DNA of 64,000 nt from IMG/VR virus record IMGVR_UViG_3300009161_000021; one strand, 5' to 3'. The stretch is from a virus (Duplodnaviria > Caudoviricetes). Made by a program: the position numbers and the translations under genes. This document shows positions 1-8,785 of the stretch, piece after piece. The notes below the pieces were generated by a model. That model did not search any database and was not told the origin of the DNA. It saw only the letters and a list, made by a program, of their open reading frames with translations. Within the stretch, counting starts at the first letter, position 1. Every line of letters starts with the position of its first letter.

Positions 1-1
1 C

Positions 2-1012
2 CCCACCGATGTTCCTTCTGTACCACCCGTAGGTTCCCGGGAACTTGCCGTCAGGATGCTCACCGAACCACTCTATTTCCTTTCCGTCCAGCACTTGTCT
101 GACGACCTTCTCGTCAGAGACGGTCTTCGCTCCACGGCCCAGGGCAACTTTTGCCATCGCGTCACTCACCTCGGCGTAGTATCCTGGAGTGGTGAGCTCT
201 TCACCAACCCGAGCTTTCAATGCTGACTTAGCGAGCCCGGTGCCATCCGTCGCGGATGCGACATTCTTCAGACCGAAATTGGTCCTCTTTCTCATGCTGG
301 CAGCGTCGACCTCGCGGTCATCATCAAGATCGATAAGAGCGAAAATCGATGTGTCTGATGCTTTCACGGCTGCGACAGACTTGTAGTTCGCGTGACCGCC
401 GATGTAAGCGTATGATTGATCGATGATGCTGAAGATCTCGTCGTAAATCTCCGGATTCTCGATGAGATCATCGTGGGAGAGCTCGATCCATCTTCCATGC
501 TGGTCTCCGTAGTGATCGGCGAACGATTCTCTCAAGCCCTCATCCCACATCGGGAAGTCGAGTGGGACCATCCGACCCTCGTGCATCGCCCACCTTCCCA
601 GATCGCTCTCGAAAATCTCGTACTCTTCCTCGGTCGCAGCGTACCTTCCCTCTAGCCAGAGATGACGAGCTTCATTGACAAGTCGAAAGAACTCCTTCGT
701 TCCTGGACGGTAAACGTTCTCGCTAAGCGGAATCCTGTTCTTCAGGTGGTAGTTTAACCCTTCCGAGAGAGTCTTCGCTTTCTTGTAAGCGGGAGTATTA
801 TTGTAAACGTCACGGGTTCCAAGCTTCTTCGGATTGTTGGGATTGCCCTCAACGTCCAGGTCGAGCGTCGCCCCACCGTAAATCTTGCTTTCCGTGTCAT
901 GACCGGGTAGGATCTTGTCCGTTACCTGTGGGGGACGAACGGAACCGGGACCCTTCTCGATGAGCCTGCTGATTTCTTCTCTGACAAGTATTTTAAGAGC
1001 TCTTGAGTTCAT
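2..1012 (-). CDS. Hypothetical, probably virion-associated protein (3' end runs off the window)
   Basis: Manually translated open frame from ATG at 1012 (MNSRALKILVREEISRLIEKGPGSVRPPQ...) to the window edge with no stop; absent from the ORF track because it is truncated. Confidence 0.8.
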   Translation of the reverse strand, partial: MNSRALKILVREEISRLIEKGPGSVRPPQVTDKILPGHDTESKIYGGATLDLDVEGNPNNPKKLGTRDVYNNTPAYKKAKTLSEGLNYHLKNRIPLSENVYRPGTKEFFRLVNEARHLWLEGRYAATEEEYEIFESDLGRWAMHEGRMVPLDFPMWDEGLRESFADHYGDQHGRWIELSHDDLIENPEIYDEIFSIIDQSYAYIGGHANYKSVAAVKASDTSIFALIDLDDDREVDAASMRKRTNFGLKNVASATDGTGLAKSALKARVGEELTTPGYYAEVSDAMAKVALGRGAKTVSDEKVVRQVLDGKEIEWFGEHPDGKFPGTYGWYRRNIGG

Positions 1013-1013
1013 G

Positions 1014-1208
1014 TTACCTGTGCTTCTTGTAAATGTCGAAGTTCTTCAACTTCTTACCTTTCATCGGTCTACCGAGATAATCCTCATCGTTGCTCAAAGA
1101 GACGCCAGTGAAAGATTTTCCCTCGTCCTCCGGATGTCCGAGAAGTGTGTCGCTTTTCGTGTCCTGGGGCGGACGAACAGTTCCAGGACCCTTGGCCTCA
1201 CCTATCTC
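1014..1208 (-). other. Startless 64-codon reading frame, probable frameshifted C-terminal extension of ORF 1202..1690
   Basis: Reads EIGEAKGPGTVRPPQDTKSDTLLGH...KKHR*, resembling KGPGSVRPPQVTDKILPGH in the neighbouring ORF; no start codon between the upstream in-frame TGA and the A9 run at 1209-1217. Confidence 0.6.
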
Positions 1209-1690
1209 TTTTTTTTTACGGCGCGTGACTTCTTCTTGGGAATGTCATACCACTCCGACTCGTTGGTCTTCTTCATGTTGCGGCGCTTCTTCATGTACCA
1301 CGGCTTCTTTGCCTCGTTCATGTCACCACGTGCCGTCTCTGCATTGAGGTAATCGTAAATTACGTCTATCATCTCGGAGGCAACAGCGATCTTCTCCTGA
1401 ACCCATTCAGGGAGATCATCGCCGTCCTCAAGGGCGTCGTGAAGCTCTTGAGCCTGCTGAGCCATGTTGTAGAGGTTTCCCTTTATCATCGAGGATTCCT
1501 CATACTCGTCAGAGTCCTCGAAGGTCATGTGACCTTCCTCATCCTCATAGGGAGCTGCGCCGTCCATGTGACCGTATCCGAGAATGTCGAGCATCGGCAT
1601 CGCTGCCGCAAGAGCATTGGGAAGCTGTCCCTCACGAGCCATGCAGCCGCACTCTTGCAGGATCATATTACGAAGTGCTTTCTTGTCCAT
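1202..1690 (-). CDS. Hypothetical acidic protein (LPEWVQEKI-type helical domain)
   Basis: 162-aa ORF abutting the upstream gene; N-terminal KALRNMILQE tag. Confidence 0.75.
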   Translation of the reverse strand: MDKKALRNMILQECGCMAREGQLPNALAAAMPMLDILGYGHMDGAAPYEDEEGHMTFEDSDEYEESSMIKGNLYNMAQQAQELHDALEDGDDLPEWVQEKIAVASEMIDVIYDYLNAETARGDMNEAKKPWYMKKRRNMKKTNESEWYDIPKKKSRAVKKKR

Positions 1691-1959
1691 TATTTCTTTC
1701 CCTTCTTGATCTTAACTTCAACGGCGGGTGTCTTCGGTACCATACGCGCAGTTTCTGAGATTCTTGCAATTTCAATCGCAGCCATCCTGACGACGGTCTC
1801 TGCCTGCTCGAGTGTTAGTCCTGAGCTCAGTAAGTCGACAACGCTCATGTCGGCGATCTCCTTCAGCTCCTGCTCACCAGCGCGTCCACCGTGCTGAAGT
1901 GAACTTATCGCAAGTCGCGTTGGATCTTTTATGCTAATACTATGTGCCTTCGGATTCAT
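1690..1959 (-). CDS. Hypothetical protein
   Basis: 89-aa ORF with GAGGAG SD; stop/start overlap with the next gene. Confidence 0.65.
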   Translation of the reverse strand: MNPKAHSISIKDPTRLAISSLQHGGRAGEQELKEIADMSVVDLLSSGLTLEQAETVVRMAAIEIARISETARMVPKTPAVEVKIKKGKK

Positions 1960-2024
1960 AACTCTCCTCGCCTGCTATAGATATGATGCAGGTGGTGAGT
2001 TTAATGAGACAGGCCGCAGTTAAA

Positions 2025-2480
2025 ATGACGATTCTCGAGTACATCAGCTTCCTGCGTATGATGGAGCTATGGTTCCACGGTGCCCATCATCTCACCCGCG
2101 GAGACAGCTTCTCCGGGGATCATGTGAACCTCTACGGTAAGATCTACGGGGCGATCGGTGACCAGGTTGATCCGGCTGTCGAGAAGGGCATCGGTCTCTT
2201 TGGGGATGAGTGCGGTGATCCGATGATGATCACCGCGCAGGCGACGATGATCATGTCCGAGTACCCGAGTCCACGTGAGCTCCCGCCGGCTGGCATCGCG
2301 GCGATCGGGTTTCAGATCGAGAAGGATTTCCTGAAGTTCTCACAAAGCATCTACGAGTCGCTCAAGCAGAGCGGCGCGATGACCCTGGGGCTTGACGATA
2401 TGATCATGGCGAATGCAAACGCTCATGAGGGTCATGTCTACCTGCTCCAGCAGAGGATCAAGCGCTCACTCGACAGGTAA
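2025..2480 (+). CDS. Ferritin/Dps-like four-helix protein
   Basis: LRMMELWFHGAHHLTRGDSFSGDHVNLYGKIY resembles the Dps/ferritin helix A-B HWxxxGxxF..H signature; start uncertain (1983, 2004 or 2025); only credible plus-strand gene. Confidence 0.6.
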   Translation: MTILEYISFLRMMELWFHGAHHLTRGDSFSGDHVNLYGKIYGAIGDQVDPAVEKGIGLFGDECGDPMMITAQATMIMSEYPSPRELPPAGIAAIGFQIEKDFLKFSQSIYESLKQSGAMTLGLDDMIMANANAHEGHVYLLQQRIKRSLDR

Positions 2481-2765
2481 GCAGCAGACTCTCAGCTCTT
2501 GGAAAAGCTCCGGTGACTCGATCAACCGGAGCTTTTTTTGCCTTGAGAGCCGCTTTACCTTTCTCTCCGTCCTCAGGGAGCATGAGAGGCAACACACAAG
2601 CCATGATGCTAGAAAACGGACGGGCCGCCGGGAGCGTGTGTATTTTGCTCCTCGGCGGCCGCCGTTATGCTCTTCCACCCTTCTCCCGACGTCCGTCGAG
2701 ATACCACAGTAGAGTGTGCCATCAGCGCACTCCACAAGGTAGAGGTGGTAGGATCTACTCGTCAA
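2466..2765 (-). CDS. GIY-YIG nuclease (UPF0213/YhbQ-like)
   Basis: LYLVECADGTLYCGISTDVGRRVEEHN..GAKYTRSRRP motif. Confidence 0.85.
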   Translation of the reverse strand: MTSRSYHLYLVECADGTLYCGISTDVGRRVEEHNGGRRGAKYTRSRRPVRFLASWLVCCLSCSLRTERKVKRLSRQKKLRLIESPELFQELRVCCLPVE

Positions 2766-2982
2766 TGTACTCGAGCATCTGATCAGCCTCGTGGCTCGAG
2801 TCGCCCAGGCGAGCCCGAATCTTCGCGATGCGGAGCGCAGCCTTGAGAGCCTTCACATCGACCCCGTGACCCTCCTCATACTCGGAGAGGATCTCCTTCT
2901 GGGTCTCACGAAGGAGTCCCATCTCGTTCTCGATCGAGGTGAGCTTGTCAACCAGTTCCTTAACAACTTCCTTGGTAGCCAT
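2755..2982 (-). CDS. Small coiled-coil DNA-binding protein (T4 DsbA/GapR-like)
   Basis: 75 aa; LTSIENEMGLLRETQKEILSEY...GVDVKALKAALRIAK pattern. Confidence 0.5.
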   Translation of the reverse strand: MATKEVVKELVDKLTSIENEMGLLRETQKEILSEYEEGHGVDVKALKAALRIAKIRARLGDSSHEADQMLEYIDE

Positions 2983-3014
2983 CTTGAATCTCCTTTACTT
3001 TGATATTAATGATC

Positions 3015-3230
3015 TCAGTCTCTTTTTTCAAGCTCATCATCCCAGGCATGAAGAACTTGGTCGTTTACCAACACTTCAAAATACTCGTGATCGTTCGGAT
3101 CCTTGCCCACGCTCTTGATGATCAATGCCAGGTTACCGTCGCAGCTATTAGGCGCGTGCTTCGTGGACACAAAGCGCGGACTGCGTGAGAGATTGAGACG
3201 GACCAGAGATCCTGGTATGAGAGCTGACAT
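3015..3230 (-). CDS. Hypothetical small beta-barrel (SH3-like) protein
   Basis: 71 aa; PGSLVRL...LALIIK...YFEVLVNDQVLHAWDDELE. Confidence 0.55.
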   Translation of the reverse strand: MSALIPGSLVRLNLSRSPRFVSTKHAPNSCDGNLALIIKSVGKDPNDHEYFEVLVNDQVLHAWDDELEKRD

Positions 3231-3499
3231 TAGGCTAAATCCTCGCCCTCGGGCTCCTCGTAATCGAGTTCCTCGATCTCAGTTCCGCATGACTTGCAGG
3301 TGTGCATCGTTACTTTCGTGTTTGACTTCAGAACGGTCGAGATGTCGTCGATGATATTTGAGAATTCGTCGAACTCATCAAACTGAAACTTTAGAAGAAC
3401 GTTTCCCGTTGGTAGACACACCAGACCCGTCTCCTTCATCAGCCAGGCTCCGTGCGGCAGACGGATCGATCCCTTCGGGGGTGACGGTAACTGATTCAT
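3230..3499 (-). CDS. Hypothetical protein with CxxC
   Basis: ORF track; overlaps 3378..3665, so the true start may be downstream. Confidence 0.5.
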   Translation of the reverse strand: MNQLPSPPKGSIRLPHGAWLMKETGLVCLPTGNVLLKFQFDEFDEFSNIIDDISTVLKSNTKVTMHTCKSCGTEIEELDYEEPEGEDLA

Positions 3500-3665
3500 T
3501 CTTCATCTCCGTTGGGAACATAATCGAGATCTGCTCGTCACTCGGCGGCTCAACTTCCAATTCTGACAGAAGACCCAGAAATTGCTCTCTGCTGACGACT
3601 CCCTTTGAAAGGAGCCACATTTGCTCATCAATTCGACGACGGAGCTTGTATTCATTCCAATTCAT
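3378..3665 (-). CDS. Hypothetical protein
   Basis: ATGA overlap with the upstream gene; C-terminus overlaps the next ORF. Confidence 0.55.
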   Translation of the reverse strand: MNWNEYKLRRRIDEQMWLLSKGVVSREQFLGLLSELEVEPPSDEQISIMFPTEMKNESVTVTPEGIDPSAARSLADEGDGSGVSTNGKRSSKVSV

Positions 3666-3898
3666 TCTTCAATTATCCTCATTTCTTTTCGAATGTTTTG
3701 GTCGAGAACTCTAAAAATGAGCCTCGCCCCCTCTTCGCTTATGCTGCTTCTGAGGTGCGAAATCAGAAGTCTCTCCAGCGAACCGATGTCGCTCGTTGTT
3801 TGGCTCTCCAGAAATTTAGCAGCTTTCTCGTAAACTCTTTCGAGTCGGGCTTCATCCCAATCGAGAATCTCCAGCAGTCTGGTTTCGGTGTCTATCAC
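3662..3898 (-). CDS. Hypothetical protein
   Basis: 78-aa ORF coupled by 4-nt overlaps on both sides. Confidence 0.6.
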   Translation of the reverse strand: MIDTETRLLEILDWDEARLERVYEKAAKFLESQTTSDIGSLERLLISHLRSSISEEGARLIFRVLDQNIRKEMRIIEE

Positions 3899-4194
3899 GG
3901 CGATCCAGTGTAAATATCTCCCAGCATCGAAGCCATCGACTCCTGGAATCGCGGGTCGAGAGAGACCCGCTTCGACTCCTCATCGAGCTTGTCCGTGGGA
4001 GTTCCCTGCAGGATGCAAACCTCACGAGCGATCTTCTCGAGAGCTCGCAGGACCAGATTACGTGCGGTCGAGATCGAGATGTCGTCTCCACCCTCAGCCA
4101 TCTTCTCGACAATAGCTCGATACTCCATGCCTCCGAAATCGGAGCTCACGGTCGCGTAGCCATTCTTGAACTTGGAACCAGTGGGCATGCTCAT
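3895..4194 (-). CDS. HTH-like protein resembling sigma region 4.2
   Basis: MEYRAIVEKMAEGGDDISISTARNLVLRALEKIARE; ATG directly follows the sigma TAA in frame. Confidence 0.55.
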   Translation of the reverse strand: MSMPTGSKFKNGYATVSSDFGGMEYRAIVEKMAEGGDDISISTARNLVLRALEKIAREVCILQGTPTDKLDEESKRVSLDPRFQESMASMLGDIYTGSP

Positions 4195-4980
4195 TTACTT
4201 GATCTCCGAGCTGATGGTAAGAGCGTGAAGCTCTTCATGGGTGATGGGGAAATTGACATGATCGGTGGAGCTTTCGGTGATCCCGAAGCGGAGTCGAAGG
4301 ATCTTCTCCTCACGAGCCGTGAGCTTCGAGAGTCCGCGACGGATCGCTGCTGCGATCTTCTCTCGGTCGATGTTGTCATTGATCTCATCGGCGCCGGTTC
4401 CCGGGATCATCTCGCCGAGAGTGGGACCGTCGCCATCATCGCCTGCCATTCCGGGAGCATCGATCGAGAGAGTGTACTTCGAAGTCTGGAGAAGAATGTC
4501 CAGAGACCCGGAACCCACGCCCAGGAGGTCGGCGAGCTCCTCCACGGTCGGCTGCACACCGAACTGTCGATTGTACTCCTCCGTAACCCGACGGGCACGC
4601 CACACGAGGTTATTCGCGCCCGCCGGGAGACGGATGGAAGAGGACTGGAGAGTGATATGCCGCATGACCGCCTGGCGGATCCACCACGTCGCGTAGGTCG
4701 AGAACTTGAAGCCTCGACGCCAATCGAAGCGATCGACCGCCTTCATGAGACCGAGAGTCGACTCCTGGATGAGATCCTCGAAGTCACAACCACGGTTCTG
4801 GTACTTCTTCGCGATCGAGATCGCCAGTCGAATGTTCGACTGAACCATGCGATTTCGGGCCGCAGCCCGAACTGCCTCGTCCTTGCTCTCCATCTGCTGA
4901 GCGAGCTCAACCTCACCCTCACGATCGAGAAGCTTGTGGCGACCAACTTCCTTGAAGAATGACTGCATCATGTCCGGCAT
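4195..4980 (-). CDS. Phage sigma70-family RNA polymerase sigma factor (regions 1.2-4.1)
   Basis: LLDREGEVELA (1.2); NIRLAISIAKKY...DLIQESTLGLMKAVDRFDWRRGFKFSTYATWWIRQA (region 2); PTVEELA (region 3); LTAREEKILRLRFGI (4.1). Confidence 0.95.
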   Translation of the reverse strand: MPDMMQSFFKEVGRHKLLDREGEVELAQQMESKDEAVRAAARNRMVQSNIRLAISIAKKYQNRGCDFEDLIQESTLGLMKAVDRFDWRRGFKFSTYATWWIRQAVMRHITLQSSSIRLPAGANNLVWRARRVTEEYNRQFGVQPTVEELADLLGVGSGSLDILLQTSKYTLSIDAPGMAGDDGDGPTLGEMIPGTGADEINDNIDREKIAAAIRRGLSKLTAREEKILRLRFGITESSTDHVNFPITHEELHALTISSEIK

Positions 4981-4995
4981 GTTTACTCCTTTCCC

Positions 4996-5301
4996 TTAGT
5001 TGTCGTCGTAGTAGTAGTCGTCGAAGGCCTGCGGATTACGCCGCATGAACTCCATGTGATTACGCTTGCGCGTCTCACGGAGCTGAAGCTCTTCGGCGAG
5101 ATAGCAATACTCGACCTCGAGGGCGTGCGTGTCCTGACCACGGCGGCGATCGGCTTCGATCCAACCACGGTACTGGACTACCTTCCCACGAAGGTCATCC
5201 TCGGGGATGACCGCAATATAGTCACGGTCGTGAACGGGTACATTCCTACCTGCCATTTTCTTTCTCTTTGCTTGATGTTCCGTTGGAGGGATATCCGCCA
5301 C
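4996..5301 (-). CDS. Hypothetical protein
   Basis: 101-aa ORF downstream of a sigma70-type promoter. Confidence 0.65.
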   Translation of the reverse strand: MADIPPTEHQAKRKKMAGRNVPVHDRDYIAVIPEDDLRGKVVQYRGWIEADRRRGQDTHALEVEYCYLAEELQLRETRKRNHMEFMRRNPQAFDDYYYDDN

Positions 5302-5337
5302 CGGTGGGGAGGAAGCTTCCTTCCTTCACCCTTTATT

Positions 5338-5366
5338 ACTATACCACGCCTTACCGGGGTTTGCAC
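5338..5366 (-). promoter_or_regulatory. Host sigma70-type (early) promoter
   Basis: GTGCAA-N17-TATAGT with TG just upstream of the -10, intergenic. Confidence 0.6.
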
Positions 5367-5389
5367 GTTTCCCGCGCGTTATTTTCACA

Positions 5390-5674
5390 TCAGGTAATTT
5401 TTTCTTTGATCTGCTTGACGTCGTCCTCTACGTTATCGAGGCGCTGGGTCAATCCCGAGATGGCAGCTTCAAACGTCCGGCGATCAGCCTCGTGACTGTC
5501 GACGGTCTTCTCGAGAGCCTTGACGAGATCTCCGAACTTCTCGTTCTGACCCTCGAGGTACTTCTGGAGTACGGGTAGAATCTTACTCGCCAGCCAATAA
5601 AGAATTCCAGTTGAAAGAACCAAAGCCCCCAGGGGACCAGTAACCAAGCTCACAAGAGGGGCTGCGTCCATCAT
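5390..5674 (-). CDS. Single-TM membrane protein with coiled coil (holin-like?)
   Basis: Hydrophobic LVSLVTGPLGALVLSTGILYWLA followed by heptad repeats. Confidence 0.6.
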   Translation of the reverse strand: MMDAAPLVSLVTGPLGALVLSTGILYWLASKILPVLQKYLEGQNEKFGDLVKALEKTVDSHEADRRTFEAAISGLTQRLDNVEDDVKQIKEKIT

Positions 5675-5697
5675 TACTCCACGATGCCTGTCGCTAA

Positions 5698-7293
5698 CTA
5701 TTCCGCAGGAGAGTCATCTGTGATCGTGCAACCCACAGAAAGCAACATGCTCGCAGCGGAGTGCGCGTTCTCTAGAGCGGAGCGAACCACCTTCAGAGGA
5801 TCAACGATCCCGGACTCGAGAGTATCAACGTAGCGCTCCGTGGCAGCATCGTATCCCATGTTATCGCGGAGACGTTCAACCTTCGAGAGGACAAGCTCGG
5901 GATTGCGTCCAGCGTTCAAGACAATCTGACGGAGAGGGGCGCAGCATGATTGAAAGATGACCTCAGCGCCCTGTTTGAATGAATCGCTGCGATTCTTCGT
6001 GAGTCGGCGGCGAACCTTGGCTGCGGCACGGACAAGAGCAGTTCCACCGCCCGGGAGAATTCCCTCCTCGACGGCAGCTTTCGTGGCATGTAGAGCGTCA
6101 TCAACACGATCCCTGCGTTCCTTCAGCTCCGGTTCAGTTGCACCGCCGACCCTCAGGACAGCGACACCGCCAGAGAGCCGTGCAAGTCGACGACGTAGGA
6201 CCTCACGCTCCTGCTGATCGAGTGAGTTATCATCGATCTGGGATCTAATCTCCTTCGAGCGATCCTCGATCTCCTCTTTCTTGCCGGCTGCATCGATCAG
6301 GATCGTCCTGTATCGACCGACAATCGCGCGCTTGCAACGGCCCAGATCCTGGATCGTGACCTTGGCTAGCTCTGACTCTCCAACAATGACTCGCGTCCCC
6401 AGCAGCGCCGCGAGATCCTGAAGAGCGTGGAGACGGTTCTCACCGAACTCTGGACCCTTTATGGCACAAACCTGCAGGATACCCTTTGTTCGATTAACGA
6501 CAAGACCCTGCATCGCCTCGCCCTCGATATCATCAGCGACGATTAGGACGGGCTTCTGGGCATTATGAATCTTCTCGAGAAGTGGGAGGATCTCCTTCAG
6601 AGCCGTGATCCTATTGTTAGTTAGGAGCACGTATGGTGACTCAAGTGAGGAGACCATCTTCTCACTGTCTGTCACGAAGTAGGGAGAGAGGTACCCACGA
6701 TCGAGCTCAGCGCCCTCGACAACGTGAAGACTTGTGCTGAAACCCTTTGCCTCCTCAACAGTGATCGTGCCATCGCGACCGACAGCTCTCATCGCTCGCG
6801 AGAGAAGCTCTCCGATCTCACGTTCTCCATTGGCTGAGATCGTTCCAACCTGGATGATCTCCTCATCCGAGGAGACAGGTTTCGACATCGAGCGAAGCTC
6901 ATCGATAACGGAACCAACTGCCCACGACATGCCCGCGCGTACCTCGGGGCTGCTATGATCACCCGAAAGCACCCTAAGCCCACCGTTGAAAATCGCGTGG
7001 GTCAGCACGGTGGCTGTCGTCGTTCCGTCACCAGCAGCATCGCAGGTGCGATTTGCAGCCTCCTTGACGATCTGAGCACCGAGATTCATGTTACGATCCC
7101 GGAAATCGATCGCACGGGCGACGGAGACTCCATCCTTCGTGACGACCGGTGGTGCGCCCGGTATCTCAATTATCACGTTCTGACCTGAGGGTCCCATGGT
7201 GACCCTAACAGCCTGAGCGAGGGAATCGACCCCGCGTCTCAGACCCTCTCGTGCCTCATCATCAAATATGAGTGCCTTGAAACCCTCGGTCAT
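5698..7293 (-). CDS. groL: Chaperonin GroEL (phage-encoded)
   Basis: VTMGPSGQNV, TKDGVSVA, AGDGTTTATVL, DRGYLSPYF, EEGILPGGG, DPLKVVRSAL; no GGM tail. Confidence 0.97.
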   Translation of the reverse strand: MTEGFKALIFDDEAREGLRRGVDSLAQAVRVTMGPSGQNVIIEIPGAPPVVTKDGVSVARAIDFRDRNMNLGAQIVKEAANRTCDAAGDGTTTATVLTHAIFNGGLRVLSGDHSSPEVRAGMSWAVGSVIDELRSMSKPVSSDEEIIQVGTISANGEREIGELLSRAMRAVGRDGTITVEEAKGFSTSLHVVEGAELDRGYLSPYFVTDSEKMVSSLESPYVLLTNNRITALKEILPLLEKIHNAQKPVLIVADDIEGEAMQGLVVNRTKGILQVCAIKGPEFGENRLHALQDLAALLGTRVIVGESELAKVTIQDLGRCKRAIVGRYRTILIDAAGKKEEIEDRSKEIRSQIDDNSLDQQEREVLRRRLARLSGGVAVLRVGGATEPELKERRDRVDDALHATKAAVEEGILPGGGTALVRAAAKVRRRLTKNRSDSFKQGAEVIFQSCCAPLRQIVLNAGRNPELVLSKVERLRDNMGYDAATERYVDTLESGIVDPLKVVRSALENAHSAASMLLSVGCTITDDSPAE

Positions 7294-7296
7294 CCG

Positions 7297-7506
7297 TTAG
7301 TCCCTCAGGATGCGGCGCTGAGGCGCCTCGGTAACGATGTTCTCGGTCGTGATGGAGCGTCGGACGCCCGTGAGGGTGTTCACAGCGACGAGCAGATCGC
7401 CAGCTCGAACAGCGACCTCCTCGGTCTGGAGAACACCACGCGAACGAAGCCCAGCCTGCTCGGCATCGGGGAGGGGTTGATCGAAAGAAAGACCGTTGTT
7501 TGCCAT
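7297..7506 (-). CDS. Hypothetical protein
   Basis: Start reassigned to MANNGLSF (GGAG SD) to avoid overlap with the exonuclease. Confidence 0.6.
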   Translation of the reverse strand: MANNGLSFDQPLPDAEQAGLRSRGVLQTEEVAVRAGDLLVAVNTLTGVRRSITTENIVTEAPQRRILRD

Positions 7507-7532
7507 TTTGACTCCTTGTGTTGAAATTATAA

Positions 7533-8363
7533 TCACGCAGCCTGGGATGGAAACTGGATCCACATTCGATCGAATGATCCAACCCACTTCGGCCATGTCT
7601 TGTCATTGGTGAGGGATGCGATACCGAGACCCTGCATGCGCTCACGGAGCTCATCATTTCGACGTGATGGTGCGCTGAAGGTTGTCCCGTGCCAGGTCTC
7701 ATCCAGATTCTCGAAACCGATCATGGAGAGGTTATGCTCAAAGATCTGCCGAGTCTCTGGCTTCTTAAGGAAGAATGCTTCCAGAGCTCCCGCTTCGGTG
7801 ACGAGCGTAGTGGCTCGCTTGTCGCCGATGCCAGGAATGCCAGGGATATTGTCGGCCCCGTCACCACGAAGCGCCTTCCATCGAACATAGTCGTAGGGAG
7901 GAGCTTCGACGAAGATGTCCTTCACGGGAGAGTAGAGGGTGATACGTCGATCATCCGGACGGATGAGCTGGGTAAAGTCGGTGTCGGTCGAAACGATCGT
8001 CACTCGATCATCACGATGGTGCTTCTCTGCAAGATGAGCGATGACATCGTCAGCCTCGTAGTCCGCATGCCTCGTCACGATGACCGGTAGGTGGCGTGAG
8101 ATGATGTCTGTGATCTGTCGCTTCTGATTCCGGAAGGCGTCATCCATTCCAGTGCGCTGTGCCTTGTAGGTGCCCTCGGAGGCCTCGATGCGCCTGCGAG
8201 GAACTCCCTCCATGACGAAGTAAGCGACATCAGGCTTGAAGCGCTCAACGAGGGAGCGGACAGAGCGTAGTGCTGCGAATGTGCAGCCGTGCTCGGCATC
8301 CTGCATCGCGACGCGGGCCCGGTGAATGAGATTGAGACCATCGATAACGAGAACGTGCTTCAC
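7533..8363 (-). CDS. 5'-3' exonuclease / flap endonuclease (T4 RNase H/PolI N-terminal-like)
   Basis: VIDGLNL, YKAQR, YEADDVIA, STDTDFTQL, LRGDGADNIPGIPGIGDKRA. Confidence 0.93.
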   Translation of the reverse strand: MKHVLVIDGLNLIHRARVAMQDAEHGCTFAALRSVRSLVERFKPDVAYFVMEGVPRRRIEASEGTYKAQRTGMDDAFRNQKRQITDIISRHLPVIVTRHADYEADDVIAHLAEKHHRDDRVTIVSTDTDFTQLIRPDDRRITLYSPVKDIFVEAPPYDYVRWKALRGDGADNIPGIPGIGDKRATTLVTEAGALEAFFLKKPETRQIFEHNLSMIGFENLDETWHGTTFSAPSRRNDELRERMQGLGIASLTNDKTWPKWVGSFDRMWIQFPSQAA

Positions 8364-8779
8364 GGGATCTTAACCTTCGCCCGAGTTCCATCAGGCAGTA
8401 CGATTGTTGCAGTGTGTTCAGCGAGAGACTCATTCGCTACTTGAGGAATCAAGTCATCGACAGGAGGGCTCGAGCTCGGAAATGCCTCGGCAGCGGCCGC
8501 GACGACCCTATCAACCATCGAATTAACCTGCTGGGTGGTTCGTTCGATCAGCGTAGATCTCAGATCAGAGATGCTGACATAGTACTCAGCAGCCTCCGGA
8601 TCGAGGGGAACGCTCTTCTGGCTTCCGGCGAGCTGGATCATCCAGACCGTCTCCGTGCCATTAAGAGTTCTTCGAAGGATCTCCTCGGTGACCTGCGCAG
8701 GCATCACGCGCCTCTCTCCCGAGGGGATCAAATAAATGACTTGACCGACTTGAAATGGTGGTAGAGCTGTTGTACTCAT
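8360..8779 (-). CDS. Hypothetical protein
   Basis: 139-aa ORF behind a consensus-like promoter. Confidence 0.7.
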   Translation of the reverse strand: MSTTALPPFQVGQVIYLIPSGERRVMPAQVTEEILRRTLNGTETVWMIQLAGSQKSVPLDPEAAEYYVSISDLRSTLIERTTQQVNSMVDRVVAAAAEAFPSSSPPVDDLIPQVANESLAEHTATIVLPDGTRAKVKIP

Positions 8780-8785
8780 ACCACC

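Noticed and set aside
4225-4962. Long plus-strand ORFs antisense to real genes (e.g. 4225..4962, 23705..25411, 22704..23855, 41569..42480)
   Set aside because: Shadow frames produced by GC-rich codon bias opposite recognisable minus-strand genes; no motifs or SD signals
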